Of a stretch of DNA of 64,000 bases, positions 1 through 11,198 are shown piece after piece. Within the stretch, counting starts at the first letter, position 1; each line of letters starts with the position of its first letter. The notes under the pieces are model-generated. The model was not told the origin of the DNA, did no database searches, and worked only from the letters and a program-made list of their open reading frames with translations. The DNA lies in assembly GCA_016210745.1 (NCBI GenBank), contig JACQTO010000176.1, positions 6,806 through 70,805 of the forward strand, given 5' to 3'. This DNA comes from Betaproteobacteria bacterium. GTDB lineage: Bacteria > Pseudomonadota > Gammaproteobacteria > Burkholderiales > SG8-39. Made by a program: the position numbers and the translations under genes.

Positions 1-304
1 GGCAGTTGAAGCCGCCGTTGTAGGGGTCGTTGGCGAGAATGACGTCTCCGGGACGCAGGTTGTCCTTGAACTTGGCGGCGATCGACTTTACGGCGAACGA
101 ACCGGCGAGGAAGTGCACGGCGATTCCCACCGGCACGGCGACCGTGCGCCCGGTCGCGTCCCATATGCCCGTGGAAAGGTCGTGCAGAACGCCCATCAGA
201 TAGTTCTGCGCGGTCCGCTCCACCAAATAGCGCATGTCGTAGCAGGTCTGCTGCATGTCGTACCAGACCGTGCTGAGCGTGGTCTCGTCAATCGCGGTGG
301 TCAT
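1..304 (-). CDS. Hydantoinase B/oxoprolinase family protein, N-terminal part (runs off the window start)
   Basis: Manual translation from ATG at 304: MTTAIDETTLSTVWYDMQQTCYDMRYLVERTAQ...LRPGDVILANDPYNGG (HyuB-type NDPY motif); GGAGG RBS upstream; lies downstream of the hydantoinase A gene. Confidence 0.85.
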   Translation of the reverse strand, partial: MTTAIDETTLSTVWYDMQQTCYDMRYLVERTAQNYLMGVLHDLSTGIWDATGRTVAVPVGIAVHFLAGSFAVKSIAAKFKDNLRPGDVILANDPYNGGFNC

Positions 305-328
305 TTAATCGCTTCCTCCAAAAACCTA

Positions 329-436
329 CATAACCCGAACCAAAGAGGCTGCCTCTGCCTTTTATCGATCTCCCCTTTCATGCAGTTGCATGCAACTGCA
401 TGAAAGGGGAGACCTAACAAAAGCAAATCTTCGCCT
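329..436 (-). repeat. Repeat family A copy A1 (reverse orientation, left end truncated)
   Basis: Perfect palindrome TCTCCCCTTTCATGCAGTTGC-AT-GCAACTGCATGAAAGGGGAGA at 369-412, plus flanks matching the other A copies. Confidence 0.9.
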
Positions 437-480
437 CTAGCGCCGATATCGGCGTACCACGCAACGAACGTGAAACCCCC

Positions 481-2544
481 TCACAAAACCCTCAACTGGT
501 AAGTCCCCGTCGCATCCACCACGCATCGGTACCGCTCCGGCACCACCACCGTCGTGGTCGTTTCCTGGATCAGGGCAGGGCCGAGGATCGCGTCGCGGTT
601 GCGCAAACGCTCGCCGTCGTAGACCGGCGTATCTTTCGGCTTCCCCTCGAAGAAACACGTCCTGCGGGATTTCAGGGCGTGCGCGGGATCGGCATTGCCT
701 TCGGCGCGAAGGCTCATGGTGATCGGTTTCTTGGCGCGCACTCGGGCGCGCAAACGGAAGGTGAAGAACTCCACCTCTCGTCCGGGCATCGCGAACGCGT
801 ACAGCTGCTCGTGGCGCTTGTCGAAGGCGCTCAACGCGGCCTGAATCTCGGCGTTGCCGAGCGTGCCGCCGGGCATGTCGCTCTCCAGTTCGTGGAATTG
901 ACCGTGATAGCGCATGTCGGCGCTTCGAGTCATGATGATGTCGTCCTTCGATTCGGCGACGTGCATGAGCTTGGCCGTCGCCTCGGACTGCATCTCCTCG
1001 AAGACCTGGTTCAGCCTGGCGAGATCCATCTGGTGCGCGCTGCAAGGATAGGAGCGGTTGAACTCCATGCCGACTTCGGCGGTGAACATGCCGAAAGCGC
1101 TATAGAAAGAGGTGAAGCGCGGAACGATCGAAACCGGTATGTCGAGCCTGTCGGCAATCCAGGCCGCGTGAAGTCCGCCGCCACCGCCCGCCGACATCAG
1201 AACGTAGTCCCGCGGGTCGAATCCGCGCTTGGTGCAAGTCTTGGTGATATGTCCGGCGATAACCGTATTTGCCAGGCTGAAGATCGCGGTGGCCATTTGC
1301 ACCGGGTCGTTGATGCCAAGCTGGCGTCCGAGCTTGGCGATCGCCTGCTCGGCCAAATCCATGCGCAAGGGCATTTCGCCGCCCAGGTAAAACTCCGGAG
1401 CGATGTAGCCAAGCAGCAGCGATGCATCCAGCACGGTGGGTTCGATTCCGCCCCGGTCATAGCACACCGGCCCCGGGACCGAAGCCGATGACCTGGGGCC
1501 GATTCGCAGCACCCCAAGGGGATCGATCCAGGCGATGCTGCCGCCTCCGCCTTCGAAGCTGTTCGAGTCGACCTTCTTTACCGCGATGCGCTCGTCTCCG
1601 ACCCAGGCTTCGGAAGTGGTCGGAATATCGCCGTTGGCGATCAGCGCGATATCGCTGGTGGTGCCGCCGATATCGAGGGAAATGATGTCCTTGTGTCCGG
1701 TCCGGGAACCCCAGTACACCCCCGCCGCGGGGCCGGCCGCCGGCCCCGAGCCGATCATGTAGATGGAGCGCTTGCGTGCCTCGTCGACGGACTGCACTAG
1801 GCCGTTGCTCAATACGATCAGCAACGAGCCGCCGAATCCGGCGTGCTTGAGCCTGCTCTCGAGCGTATTCAAATACCTGTCTACCACCGGTCCGATATAG
1901 GCCGCTGCGACCGTGGTGCTGAATCGCTCGTATTCTCTCCAGACAGGCAGGATTTCGTGCGACGCGGTAACGAAGACGCCCGGATACAGTTTGCGGCAGA
2001 GATCGACCGCGCGGCGCTCGTTCTCGGGGTTGGCATAGGAGTGCAGGAAGCACACGGCGATCGACTGCACGCCTTGCTTTTGCAGCGATTTTGCCGCCTT
2101 CGTGACGTCCTCCTCCGACAGGGGCGTCATGATCTGGCCGGTGTGCAGCGTCCTTTCGGCGACACCGAGCCTGCGGTAACGCGGCACCAGCGGCTGATAC
2201 GGCGGAATGAACAGGTTGTACATCGAGCTCAGCCGCATGCCCCTGCGAATTTCGCAGATGTCGCGGAAACCTTTGGTGGTGATCATGCCTGTAGAGGCGC
2301 CGTCGCCGGTCAGGATCGCGTTGCTCGCGACGGTGGTCCCGTGCAGTATCAACTCGAGCTGGCCCATGAATTCGGAAGTGGACAGCGCGTAGAAGCTCGC
2401 CGCTTTTTCCAGCGAAGCGATCAAGCCGGACGCATAATCCGGCGGCGTCGATGGAACCTTGAACTGGCGGACTTCCCCCTCTTCGTCCATGATCAGGCAG
2501 TCGGTGAAGGTCCCACCGACGTCGATTGCTGCTTGCTTCATCAA
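481..2544 (-). CDS. Hydantoinase A/oxoprolinase family ATP-dependent subunit
   Basis: IDVGGTFTD, HGTTVASNA, SGPAAG and DIGGTTSD motifs; 687 aa. Confidence 0.93.
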   Translation of the reverse strand: MMKQAAIDVGGTFTDCLIMDEEGEVRQFKVPSTPPDYASGLIASLEKAASFYALSTSEFMGQLELILHGTTVASNAILTGDGASTGMITTKGFRDICEIRRGMRLSSMYNLFIPPYQPLVPRYRRLGVAERTLHTGQIMTPLSEEDVTKAAKSLQKQGVQSIAVCFLHSYANPENERRAVDLCRKLYPGVFVTASHEILPVWREYERFSTTVAAAYIGPVVDRYLNTLESRLKHAGFGGSLLIVLSNGLVQSVDEARKRSIYMIGSGPAAGPAAGVYWGSRTGHKDIISLDIGGTTSDIALIANGDIPTTSEAWVGDERIAVKKVDSNSFEGGGGSIAWIDPLGVLRIGPRSSASVPGPVCYDRGGIEPTVLDASLLLGYIAPEFYLGGEMPLRMDLAEQAIAKLGRQLGINDPVQMATAIFSLANTVIAGHITKTCTKRGFDPRDYVLMSAGGGGGLHAAWIADRLDIPVSIVPRFTSFYSAFGMFTAEVGMEFNRSYPCSAHQMDLARLNQVFEEMQSEATAKLMHVAESKDDIIMTRSADMRYHGQFHELESDMPGGTLGNAEIQAALSAFDKRHEQLYAFAMPGREVEFFTFRLRARVRAKKPITMSLRAEGNADPAHALKSRRTCFFEGKPKDTPVYDGERLRNRDAILGPALIQETTTTVVVPERYRCVVDATGTYQLRVL

Positions 2545-2778
2545 AAACTCCCCCTTTCACACCCATCGGGAAAAGCTTTCCCCTTCCGGTCTTTCATGGC
2601 AAGCTGTTCCCTCCAATAATCGTATTGTTCTTGTCGCCCGGTGCGCCCGGGCGCGGCCAGTATAGCGTGCGCAACGGCATCCTGGGGCCCACGGCTCTGT
2701 GGAGTGATCAACTGTAGAATAAGGAAACGGCAACATACCTGCGGGGATTTCATCCATCGTTTTACGGAGGAGGAAGCG

Positions 2779-3873
2779 ATGATCGAGACTAATGCAGCGC
2801 TGTCGGAACCCGCAATTCCGGGGGAGTCGCACGGACGACCGTGTACGCGGGCCGCGGGCGGAGAAGACCCGCAAGGAACACCCAGGACCATCGTGAAGGG
2901 CAGGAGCGGAATCCGGCTCGGTGTCGCCTTGCTGATTTCGCTTGCGGTGGCGCCGGCTGTGTCGTGGGCGCAGGCAGCTTACCCGAGTAGGGTGATCAAA
3001 ATCGTCGTGCCGTTCCCAGGCGGGACCACGGCGGACGAGATTCCGCGGCTGGTAGCCGAAAAGCTCTCGGCACGGTGGGGACAGCAGGTGATCATCGAAA
3101 ACCGTCCCGGCGCCACCGGCAACATCGGCGCCGGCATCGTGGCGAAGGCAGAACCCGACGGATACACGTTGCTTTCAACCGCGCCGCCTCCTCTGGTGGT
3201 CAATCACAACCTCTATTCCAATCTCGGCTTCGACCCAACGGCATTTGTCCCGATTTCACTCATGGCCGTGGTTCCGAACGTGCTCATAGGGCGCAAGGAA
3301 CTCCCCGCCAACAGCCTCGGGGAGTTGATCGCGCTCTCGAAAGACAAACCGGGGCAGTTCACCTCCGGCACTACCGGTCCGGGCGGAACCCCGCGGCTCA
3401 GCATGGAAATGCTGCAGCTTGTCAGCGGCATGAAGCTCCGGGACATTCCCTATCGCGGCGGGACCGCACCCGTATTGGTCGACGTTCTCGGAGGGCGGAT
3501 CGATACGATGTTCATCAACATTTCCGATGCCTTGGCGCACATCAGGAGCGGCTCGGTGAAAGCGCTTGGAGTCGCGACCGAAAAGCGCGTTCCACAGCTA
3601 CCCGATGTGCCGGCGATCGCCGAGAGTTTCCCGGGTTATTACGCCGCAACGTGGTATGCGATGATGGCGCCGCCGAAAACGCCGCCCCAGATCACCGCCA
3701 AGGTTTCGGCCGCGGTCATGGATATTCTCAAGACGACCGACGTCGGAACGAAGCTGCAGACGCAGTCCATGATCGTGGTCGCCGCTTCACAGGCGGAAAC
3801 CGCGAAATTCCTCAAGGATGAGATCGAGCGCTGGCGCGGCGTCATCAAGGCGGCCGGTCTCAAGGCGGAGTGA
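2779..3873 (+). CDS. Bug/TctC tripartite tricarboxylate transporter substrate-binding protein
   Basis: YPSRVIKIVVPFPGG, ENRPGATGNIG, PDGYTLL; ATG 2779 has a GGAGGAGG RBS (a later GTG start near 2893 is possible). Confidence 0.9.
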   Translation: MIETNAALSEPAIPGESHGRPCTRAAGGEDPQGTPRTIVKGRSGIRLGVALLISLAVAPAVSWAQAAYPSRVIKIVVPFPGGTTADEIPRLVAEKLSARWGQQVIIENRPGATGNIGAGIVAKAEPDGYTLLSTAPPPLVVNHNLYSNLGFDPTAFVPISLMAVVPNVLIGRKELPANSLGELIALSKDKPGQFTSGTTGPGGTPRLSMEMLQLVSGMKLRDIPYRGGTAPVLVDVLGGRIDTMFINISDALAHIRSGSVKALGVATEKRVPQLPDVPAIAESFPGYYAATWYAMMAPPKTPPQITAKVSAAVMDILKTTDVGTKLQTQSMIVVAASQAETAKFLKDEIERWRGVIKAAGLKAE

Positions 3874-3877
3874 CGAG

Positions 3878-4903
3878 ATGCGGGCTGTTGTCTGCGGGCA
3901 AATACCCGTCCGAGGTCCACGCGTGCTCAATCCGGTGATCGATCGACTAGCGCGCAATGCGTTTGGCGTGCTGCTCATGGCGGCAGCCGCCGCTGCCATG
4001 GGGCAAGCTTACCCAACCAAACCGGTGCGGCTCGTCGTTCCTGCGGCGCCCGGCGGGGGAACCGACATCACGGCACGCTTGATCGCCCCCAAGCTCTCCG
4101 AGCATCTGGGGCAGCAGGTGGTGGTAGAAAACGTGGGTGGCGGTGGCGGGATCATCGGCATGGAGCGCGTCGCGCGCGCGGTCCCAGACGGGTACACGCT
4201 GGTGATGGGCATCAGCTCGCTCGCCATCAACCCCCACATCGTGGCGAAGATCTCCTTCGACGTGCTGAAGGACTTCGCGCCGGTCTCGCAAGTGGCAATG
4301 GTGCCCAATATCCTCGTCGCGCATCCTTCGGTGCCGGCGCGAACGCTCAGGGAACTGATCGAGCATATTCGCGCGCGCCCCGGGCAGATCAACTTCGCCT
4401 CCAGCGGTATCGGCAGCACCCCGCACCTGGGGATGGAGCTGTTCGTCTCCATCACCGGGCTGAAAATGGTCCATGTGGCGTATAAAGGCGTCGGCCCTGC
4501 GATGGTCGACGTGATGGCGGGCCACGTGCCCGTGATGATGGCCAACGTCCTGAGCGTATTGCCGCACATCAATGCCGGCAAACTGCGCGCATACGGTGTG
4601 ACCAGCCTCAAGCGCGCGACCGTTGCCCCCGATGTCCCGACCATCGCAGAGGCCGGCGTGCCGGGCTACGAAGTGGTGCCTTGGTACGGGATCCTGGCGC
4701 CGGCGAACACGCCGCGCGATATCATCGCCAAGCTCCGTGCGGGCACGGTGTATGCGCTGCAGGATCCAGCGACCAAGGAGCGTTTCATCAGCGACGGCGC
4801 CGAGCCGGTGGGTGGCACGCCGGAGGAATTTGCAGCCGTGATCCGCGACGATTTCAAGAAATGGGGCAAGGTGATCAAGGACGCGGGGATCAGTCCGCAA
4901 TAA
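3878..4903 (+). CDS. Bug/TctC substrate-binding protein
   Basis: YPTKPVRLVVPAAPGGGTD, PDGYTL, HVAYKG; start position uncertain. Confidence 0.9.
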   Translation: MRAVVCGQIPVRGPRVLNPVIDRLARNAFGVLLMAAAAAAMGQAYPTKPVRLVVPAAPGGGTDITARLIAPKLSEHLGQQVVVENVGGGGGIIGMERVARAVPDGYTLVMGISSLAINPHIVAKISFDVLKDFAPVSQVAMVPNILVAHPSVPARTLRELIEHIRARPGQINFASSGIGSTPHLGMELFVSITGLKMVHVAYKGVGPAMVDVMAGHVPVMMANVLSVLPHINAGKLRAYGVTSLKRATVAPDVPTIAEAGVPGYEVVPWYGILAPANTPRDIIAKLRAGTVYALQDPATKERFISDGAEPVGGTPEEFAAVIRDDFKKWGKVIKDAGISPQ

Positions 4904-5090
4904 GCGGCCGTTCGCGCAAGGCAGGCGGCGCTGGGGCGCCTGCGCGAGGGAGATTGCCCGACGAGGACAACTACAGCAACTGGCCCAACAAACTGAAGCA
5001 CGGCTGGTTCCGATGCGTTTCAGTCGAGCTTCGCATTTCTTATCGACACGTTGTCGTTATTCGGAATTGTGAAGGTGCGTATCAAGTGTT

Positions 5091-5170
5091 CCCATCACTC
5101 TCGCCCTCTCTCCGCAAGCGGGGCGAGGGGATACTCCACTCCCGCCCGGGCGGGAGTGGGCTGAGGTGAG
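5091..5170. repeat. Degenerate CCCTCTCCC...GGGGAGAGGG-type REP-like palindrome
   Basis: GCCCTCTCTCCGCAAGCGGGGCGAGGG followed by CCACTCCCGCCCGGGCGGGAGTGG hairpins; a possibly related fragment lies near 13348-13380. Confidence 0.5.
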
Positions 5171-6134
5171 GCTGAGGTATCCGCCAGCGCTGATGTCGCG
5201 CTGCAATCTTCAGCGCGCGGTGATGGCGATCGGCCTGATCGCCTTGTGCGCCGGCGAGCCCGCGTTTGCAGCCGATGCCGCCGCCAGCGTCATGCCGTGG
5301 TGGGGCTGGCCGCTGGCACTTTTTCTTGTTTGCTTTGTCCTCGGCATCGTGGCTGTGCCCGCGGGGGTGGGCGGCGGCGTGCTGTTCGTGCCCATCGTCG
5401 CCGGCTTCTTTCCCTTTCATCTGGATTTTGTTCGCGGCGGCGGGCTGCTGGTCGCATTGGCGAGTGCGTTGGCCGCGAGTCCCGGACTGCTGCGCGTTGG
5501 CCTTGCCAATCTGCGGCTTGCGTTACCGCTTTCGCTTGCCGTCGCCGCATCGCAGATTGCCGGTGCCATGATAGGTCTGGCCCTGCCTTCTTCGATCGTG
5601 CAGACAACGCTGGGCGTGCTCATTCTGGGCATTGTCGCACTCATGTGGACATCGAAGAAATCGGACGTGCCTACTGTTCCAGTGGCCGATGCGCTCTCCG
5701 CGGCGCTCGGAATACACGGCATCTTTCACGATACGGACCGCGGTCGCGATTTCCAATGGAAGGTGCACCGGACGCCGATCGGGCTGGCGGTCTTCTTGCT
5801 CATCGGCGTGCTGGCAGGCCTGTTCGGTCTGGGCGCCGGCTGGGCCAATGTCCCGGCGTTGAATCTGCTGATGGGCGTTCCGCTCAAGGTCGCCTCAGGC
5901 AGCAGCAGTCTCGTCCTGTCGATGACATCGTCGGCGGCGTGGGTCTACATCAACGAGGGGGCGATTTTGCCGATCGTGGTCGCACCGTCGGTCGCCGGCA
6001 TGATGCTTGGCGCGATGATCGGTGCGCGGGTGCTGAAAGTGGTCAAGGCCTCGGCGATCCGTCGTCTCGTGATTGCGATGCTGTTGATCGCTGGCGTGCG
6101 CGCCCTGCTCAAGGGCCTCGGCATTTGGAACTGA
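5166..6134 (+). CDS. TauE/SafE family (TSUP) permease
   Basis: Hydrophobic; GVGGGVLFVP and GLGAGWANVP repeats typical of TauE; true start may be ATG 5193 or later. Confidence 0.88.
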   Translation: MRLRYPPALMSRCNLQRAVMAIGLIALCAGEPAFAADAAASVMPWWGWPLALFLVCFVLGIVAVPAGVGGGVLFVPIVAGFFPFHLDFVRGGGLLVALASALAASPGLLRVGLANLRLALPLSLAVAASQIAGAMIGLALPSSIVQTTLGVLILGIVALMWTSKKSDVPTVPVADALSAALGIHGIFHDTDRGRDFQWKVHRTPIGLAVFLLIGVLAGLFGLGAGWANVPALNLLMGVPLKVASGSSSLVLSMTSSAAWVYINEGAILPIVVAPSVAGMMLGAMIGARVLKVVKASAIRRLVIAMLLIAGVRALLKGLGIWN

Positions 6135-6139
6135 CAGGC

Positions 6140-6544
6140 ATGGACACTTCGAACAAGTACGCGTCTCCGGAAGAGATTAGGTATGCCAGGATCCTCGACA
6201 TTGGAGTGAGGGCCGGCCTGGTCGCGCTGATTCTGAGTTTCGCGATCTACGTCTCCGGAATCCTGCCGCCACTCGTTCCACTGGAGCTCTTGCCGACGTA
6301 TTGGGGCCTTTCGGCCAAGGAATTCGTCAAGGCTACGCATATGCCGACGGGTTGGGGATGGGTGAGCCTGGTCGGCAAAGGGGACATCCTGAATCTCGCA
6401 CCCATTGCTTTTCTGGCGGGAGTGTCCGTCATATGTTCCTTCGCCGTGCTGCCGATTTTCGCGCGGCGTCGGGAACTCGCGCTGTTGGCCATCGCCGTGC
6501 TGCAAATCGCGGTGCTGGTTCTTGCGGCATCGAATATCCTGTAA
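6140..6544 (+). CDS. DUF1634-like small membrane protein (TauE partner)
   Basis: ATG 6140 immediately after the TauE stop; 134 aa with about 3 TM segments; a typical TauE neighbour. Confidence 0.75.
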   Translation: MDTSNKYASPEEIRYARILDIGVRAGLVALILSFAIYVSGILPPLVPLELLPTYWGLSAKEFVKATHMPTGWGWVSLVGKGDILNLAPIAFLAGVSVICSFAVLPIFARRRELALLAIAVLQIAVLVLAASNIL

Positions 6545-6604
6545 GGTGGATGAGCCCTCTCACTAAGTGTCGGGAAAGGACGTTAGCGACCGGCCGGGCT
6601 ACTG

Positions 6605-7089
6605 GCGTTCGACGCCTTCCACGCCGCGCGCCAGGCGATGCAGAAGCAGATGGATCTTTCGATCGCCGCGCGGGCCGAATCGGAAATCCTCTACGACCAA
6701 CCGGAGAAATCGAAAACTAAACTGCGGATTACTGGTCCATTTACGGTGGAGACAGTGCCGTTTGCCACCGTGCTCTCGCTCGACGAAGCGGAGCAGCCGA
6801 AGGAAGCGGACGTTGCCATCGCGCGGTCCGGTGAATCGGCGCGCCAGCATTCCTGGCGCGATGAGCTTTTCAAATCCGGGATCCGCGGCAAGGGCGGCCA
6901 GTTGCTCAAGTTCGCGAGCCTCGAGACTCTGCCCAGTACTGTGTGTCTGCACCCTACCGGGAAGCTGCATTTCACGGCACGGTATCGCTGCCCTTCGAGG
7001 CCGGAGACAACAAGAAGGCCGTGGTGAAGATCGTCGATGACCGTGGGATAGAATCGCTGAAAGTTATTTCGTTGGAGGCCATGCCATGA
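6605..7089 (+). pseudogene. Fragmented C-terminal part of a type III R-M DNA methyltransferase (Mod)
   Basis: Segments MQKQMDLSIAARAESEILYDQP...LRITGPFTVE and, in another frame, SLPFEAGDNKKAVVKIVDDRGIESLKVISLE*; no N-terminal catalytic DPPY region. Confidence 0.7.
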
Positions 7090-7319
7090 CAAGTCGGACC
7101 GACGTGCTCCTGGAACAGGTCAAGGCCTTGAGCGCCGAGGAGCAGGCGCTGTTGCTCGCGCAACTGCACGATCTGGTGAGCCCGCCCGATCCGGATTGGG
7201 AAAAAGCTTGGGCGGATGAGTGTGAACGGCGTTCAGGCGCCTATGAGCGCGGCGAGACCACTGCGGAGGATGCAACTGTCGTGATGGCTCGCCTTCGCGC
7301 CAGGTACCTCGTGCGATGA
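7086..7319 (+). CDS. Addiction-module antitoxin (TIGR02574-like)
   Basis: 77 aa with ALSAEEQALLLAQL...AWADECERR; ATGA overlaps on both sides. Confidence 0.8.
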   Translation: MTSRTDVLLEQVKALSAEEQALLLAQLHDLVSPPDPDWEKAWADECERRSGAYERGETTAEDATVVMARLRARYLVR

Positions 7320-7492
7320 ACTTGCGCATCCTGCGCGAAGCAGAGCAGGAGATCGGTGAGGCCGCAAGCTTCTATGCGCGGGAGGCGCCGGGGATCGTCG
7401 GCCGGTTTTTCGACGAGGTGGACCTCGCCCTGGGGCGGCTTTCGAGGCAGCCTATGGCGTATGCCTCAGTTGACAGGCGCTTTCGCGGCTGA
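7316..7492 (+). pseudogene. Truncated RelE/ParE family toxin
   Basis: Manual translation MNLRILREAEQEIGEAASFYAREAPGIVGRFFDEVDLALGRLSRQPMAYASVDRRFRG* (58 aa); the C-terminal third of the family fold is missing. Confidence 0.72.
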
Positions 7493-7700
7493 TGGCGGCG
7501 CGTGGGGGCGCCTGTGCAGCAAGATGGCCACGGGCAGCGGTAAGACCACGGTGATGGCCATGATCATCACCTGGCAGGTGCTGAACGCGCTCGCCTATCC
7601 GATCGTCGCGCCCGGCCTTACGGTGAAGGAACGGCTGCGGGTGCTGTGTACAGGGGATCCCGGTCAACTACTACGATGCTTTCGGGCTATGCCCTTCGGA
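7491..7700 (+). pseudogene. Fragment of a type III restriction enzyme Res subunit (helicase motif I)
   Basis: RLCSKMATGSGKTTVMAMIITWQVLN and IVAPGLTVKERLRVL with an internal deletion; no start or end. Confidence 0.75.
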
Positions 7701-7792
7701 CACTTAGATCGACGGAAGATGCCCTATCGAAATGTTTTCCCATAACTGGCGCCTCTGAGTCCGAATGTGCTTTCAGACCGGCTCCGGCTAGT

Positions 7793-8668
7793 ATGTCGCC
7801 TGTGAACCGTCGCCTGTTTTCCGTAGTGGGAGTCCTGACGCTCGTCGCGATGTCCTTGCTGGCATGCGCGGCGGAGACCGTCATCCACGAGAGGGCTTCG
7901 GGCAGCGGCACCATCATCGTCACCGAAAGCACTGACGGCCTGCGTACCCTCTTATTCGAGCGGGGAGGTGCGCGCCAGAGCATCGTCAAGCCGGGCGATC
8001 CGGATCACCTGGAGCTGCAATACGCGCGCGTCGCGATGGTCGGCCTGGCGTTGTGCGAAGGACCGCGCCGGATCCTGGTCGTGGGGCTGGGCGGGGGCAC
8101 GCTGCCGAGCTTTCTGCGCAAGCACTACCCCGAGGCCTGGATCGACGCGGTGGAGATCGATGCCGAGGTCGTCGACGTGGCGAAGAAATTCTTCGGCTTC
8201 CGCGAGGATGCGCGCATGCGGGCGCATGTGGACGACGGCCGGCGCTTCATCGAGAACATCCGGCGGCCCACCTACGATGCGATCTTTCTCGACGCTTTCG
8301 GTGGGGACAGCGTGCCCTTGCACTTGACCACGCGGGAATTCCTGCGCGCCGTGCGCCGGGCGCTCATGCCCAGCGGCGTCGTCATCGGCAATATCTGGGA
8401 CCGTCCCTCCAACCGCTTATACGACTCGATGGTCCGCACCTATCAGGAAGAGTTCGACGAATTGTTCATCCTCGATGTCTTCAACGACATCAACAAGATT
8501 CTCCTTGCCCTGCCGCGCAAGCAGCCGCTCAGCCAGAGCGAGCTGGCGCTGCTGGCGAGGAGGGTGTCGTCCGACGGGAAGTTCCGCTTCGACCTGGGCG
8601 ATCTGGTCGATTACGGCTTCCTGCATGCGCGCGAGAAGAATCGAAACGGGCGCGTGCTTCGGGACTGA
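7793..8668 (+). CDS. Spermidine synthase-like SAM-dependent methyltransferase with N-terminal signal peptide
   Basis: ILVVGLGGG, VEIDAEVV, DGRRFI, YDAIFLDAF motifs. Confidence 0.85.
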   Translation: MSPVNRRLFSVVGVLTLVAMSLLACAAETVIHERASGSGTIIVTESTDGLRTLLFERGGARQSIVKPGDPDHLELQYARVAMVGLALCEGPRRILVVGLGGGTLPSFLRKHYPEAWIDAVEIDAEVVDVAKKFFGFREDARMRAHVDDGRRFIENIRRPTYDAIFLDAFGGDSVPLHLTTREFLRAVRRALMPSGVVIGNIWDRPSNRLYDSMVRTYQEEFDELFILDVFNDINKILLALPRKQPLSQSELALLARRVSSDGKFRFDLGDLVDYGFLHAREKNRNGRVLRD

Positions 8669-8836
8669 GCCTCGAACACGTAGTCACCGCGCGAAATTCG
8701 GCGCCGTGAATTGCGGGATGTTTTGTTACCTTGCAATTTCAAACCATGCGTTTAGAAATGTGAGGTATGAAATGTGCCTACGAACAGATATTGGCCCGCA
8801 TCGTCGCAAGCCTGCTTTTCTATGACCACTGGATAG

Positions 8837-9834
8837 TCAGCTCGTCGCGTCGTTCAAATGACAGGCAGATATCCGCCCAGGAGCGATTTCCCGGAGCGAG
8901 GGCTGTTCGCTCACGCAGCGAGCCATGGCGTGGGGGCAGCGCGGGTGGAAGTGGCAGCCCGAGGGCGGATCCAGGGGCGAGGGAACCTCGCCCCTGATCG
9001 GGACATAGGTCTTGCGGCCGGACTCGAGCCGAGGAATGCCCGCGAGCAGGGCCTGCGTATAGGGATGGTTCGGGGCGGCGTACAGCGCCTCGGTGGGTGC
9101 CGATTCGACGACGCGGCCCAAGTACATGACGAGCACGCGGTCGGATACATGGCGCACCACCCCCAAATCGTGGCTGATGAACAAATAGGTGAGACCCAGG
9201 TCGGCGCGCAAGCCGATGAACAAGTTCAGCACTTGGGCCTGGATGGAGACATCGAGCGCCGCGAGCGCCTCGTCGCAGACCAGGAACTCGGGCCTTACGG
9301 CGAGGGCGCGCGCAATGCCGATACGGGCGCGCTGGCCGCCGGAGAACTGGTGCGGAAAGCCCCTTATCAGAGCTGCATTCAGGCCGACGCGCCCCATCAA
9401 TTCGGCCACGTAGTCCTTCTGCTGCGATCTGGTGATCAGGCCGTGCACCACCGGCGCCTCGCCTATGATCTCCTGCACCCGCAGGCGCGGATTGAGCGAC
9501 GCGTACGGGTCCTGAAAAATCATCTGGATCGCAAGGCGCACCCGCTGCCGCTCGGCAGGGGTCATGGCAGAGAGGTCGCGGCCGCGCCAGCGGCGCGCCC
9601 CGGCGCTTGGTTCGAGCAGCCCGACGGCGATTCGACCCAGGGTCGACTTGCCGCATCCGGATTCGCCCACCAAGCCTACGACCTCGCCCTTGGCGACGGC
9701 GATATCGACGCCGTCGACCGCGTGCACGATCTCATGGCGTGGCGCCATCCCGAGCGCTCCGGCGATGCGCGTCGCGGTATCCAGCGGCTTGACGAAGCGC
9801 TTGGATACACCGCGCAACTCGATCAGCGGTTCGC

Positions 9835-9838
<4 letters not shown>
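8837..9838 (-). CDS. Peptide/nickel ABC transporter ATPase (DppF/OppF-like)
   Basis: GESGCGKS, FSGGQRAR, C-terminal GCHFHPRC. Confidence 0.95.
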
Positions 9839-10833
<995 letters not shown>

Positions 10834-11198
10834 GATCGCCGTTTTGCCGCTACCCGACGTTACGGGGAAGCGAAGGAATTTGGCTGCAGTGATGTTGCCT
10901 ATCATACGACGCCCCCGAAGGTCCGGTCTTGCCGGGGACCACGGCGATGACAGCGAGAGCCCGTTTAAACTGATGCTTCTAGTTGCCCTGGCGGCGATGC
11001 CGGTGGCAGCGGATGCCTGCCCGGCAAAGGTCTCCAGCGCCGCAATCACGCAAGCCTGGACGCACCAGCCGGTGCGCAGGGCGCAAAGCAGAACCACATT
11101 TCCCGGCGATGCTATCATGGCCAGGAGGTTGTGCCCGATATCTTGCGGGCAGCACTGGAACTGCCGAGGTTCCGATTGTTTCTTGGAGGAGATCGATC

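Noticed and set aside
10905-10962. c-di-GMP-I riboswitch-like words (GACGC, TCCGGTCT, ATGACAGCG) upstream of dctP
   Set aside because: The GGCAAACC/GAAA first stem and GCAAAGC junction are missing; cannot be supported without an Rfam search.
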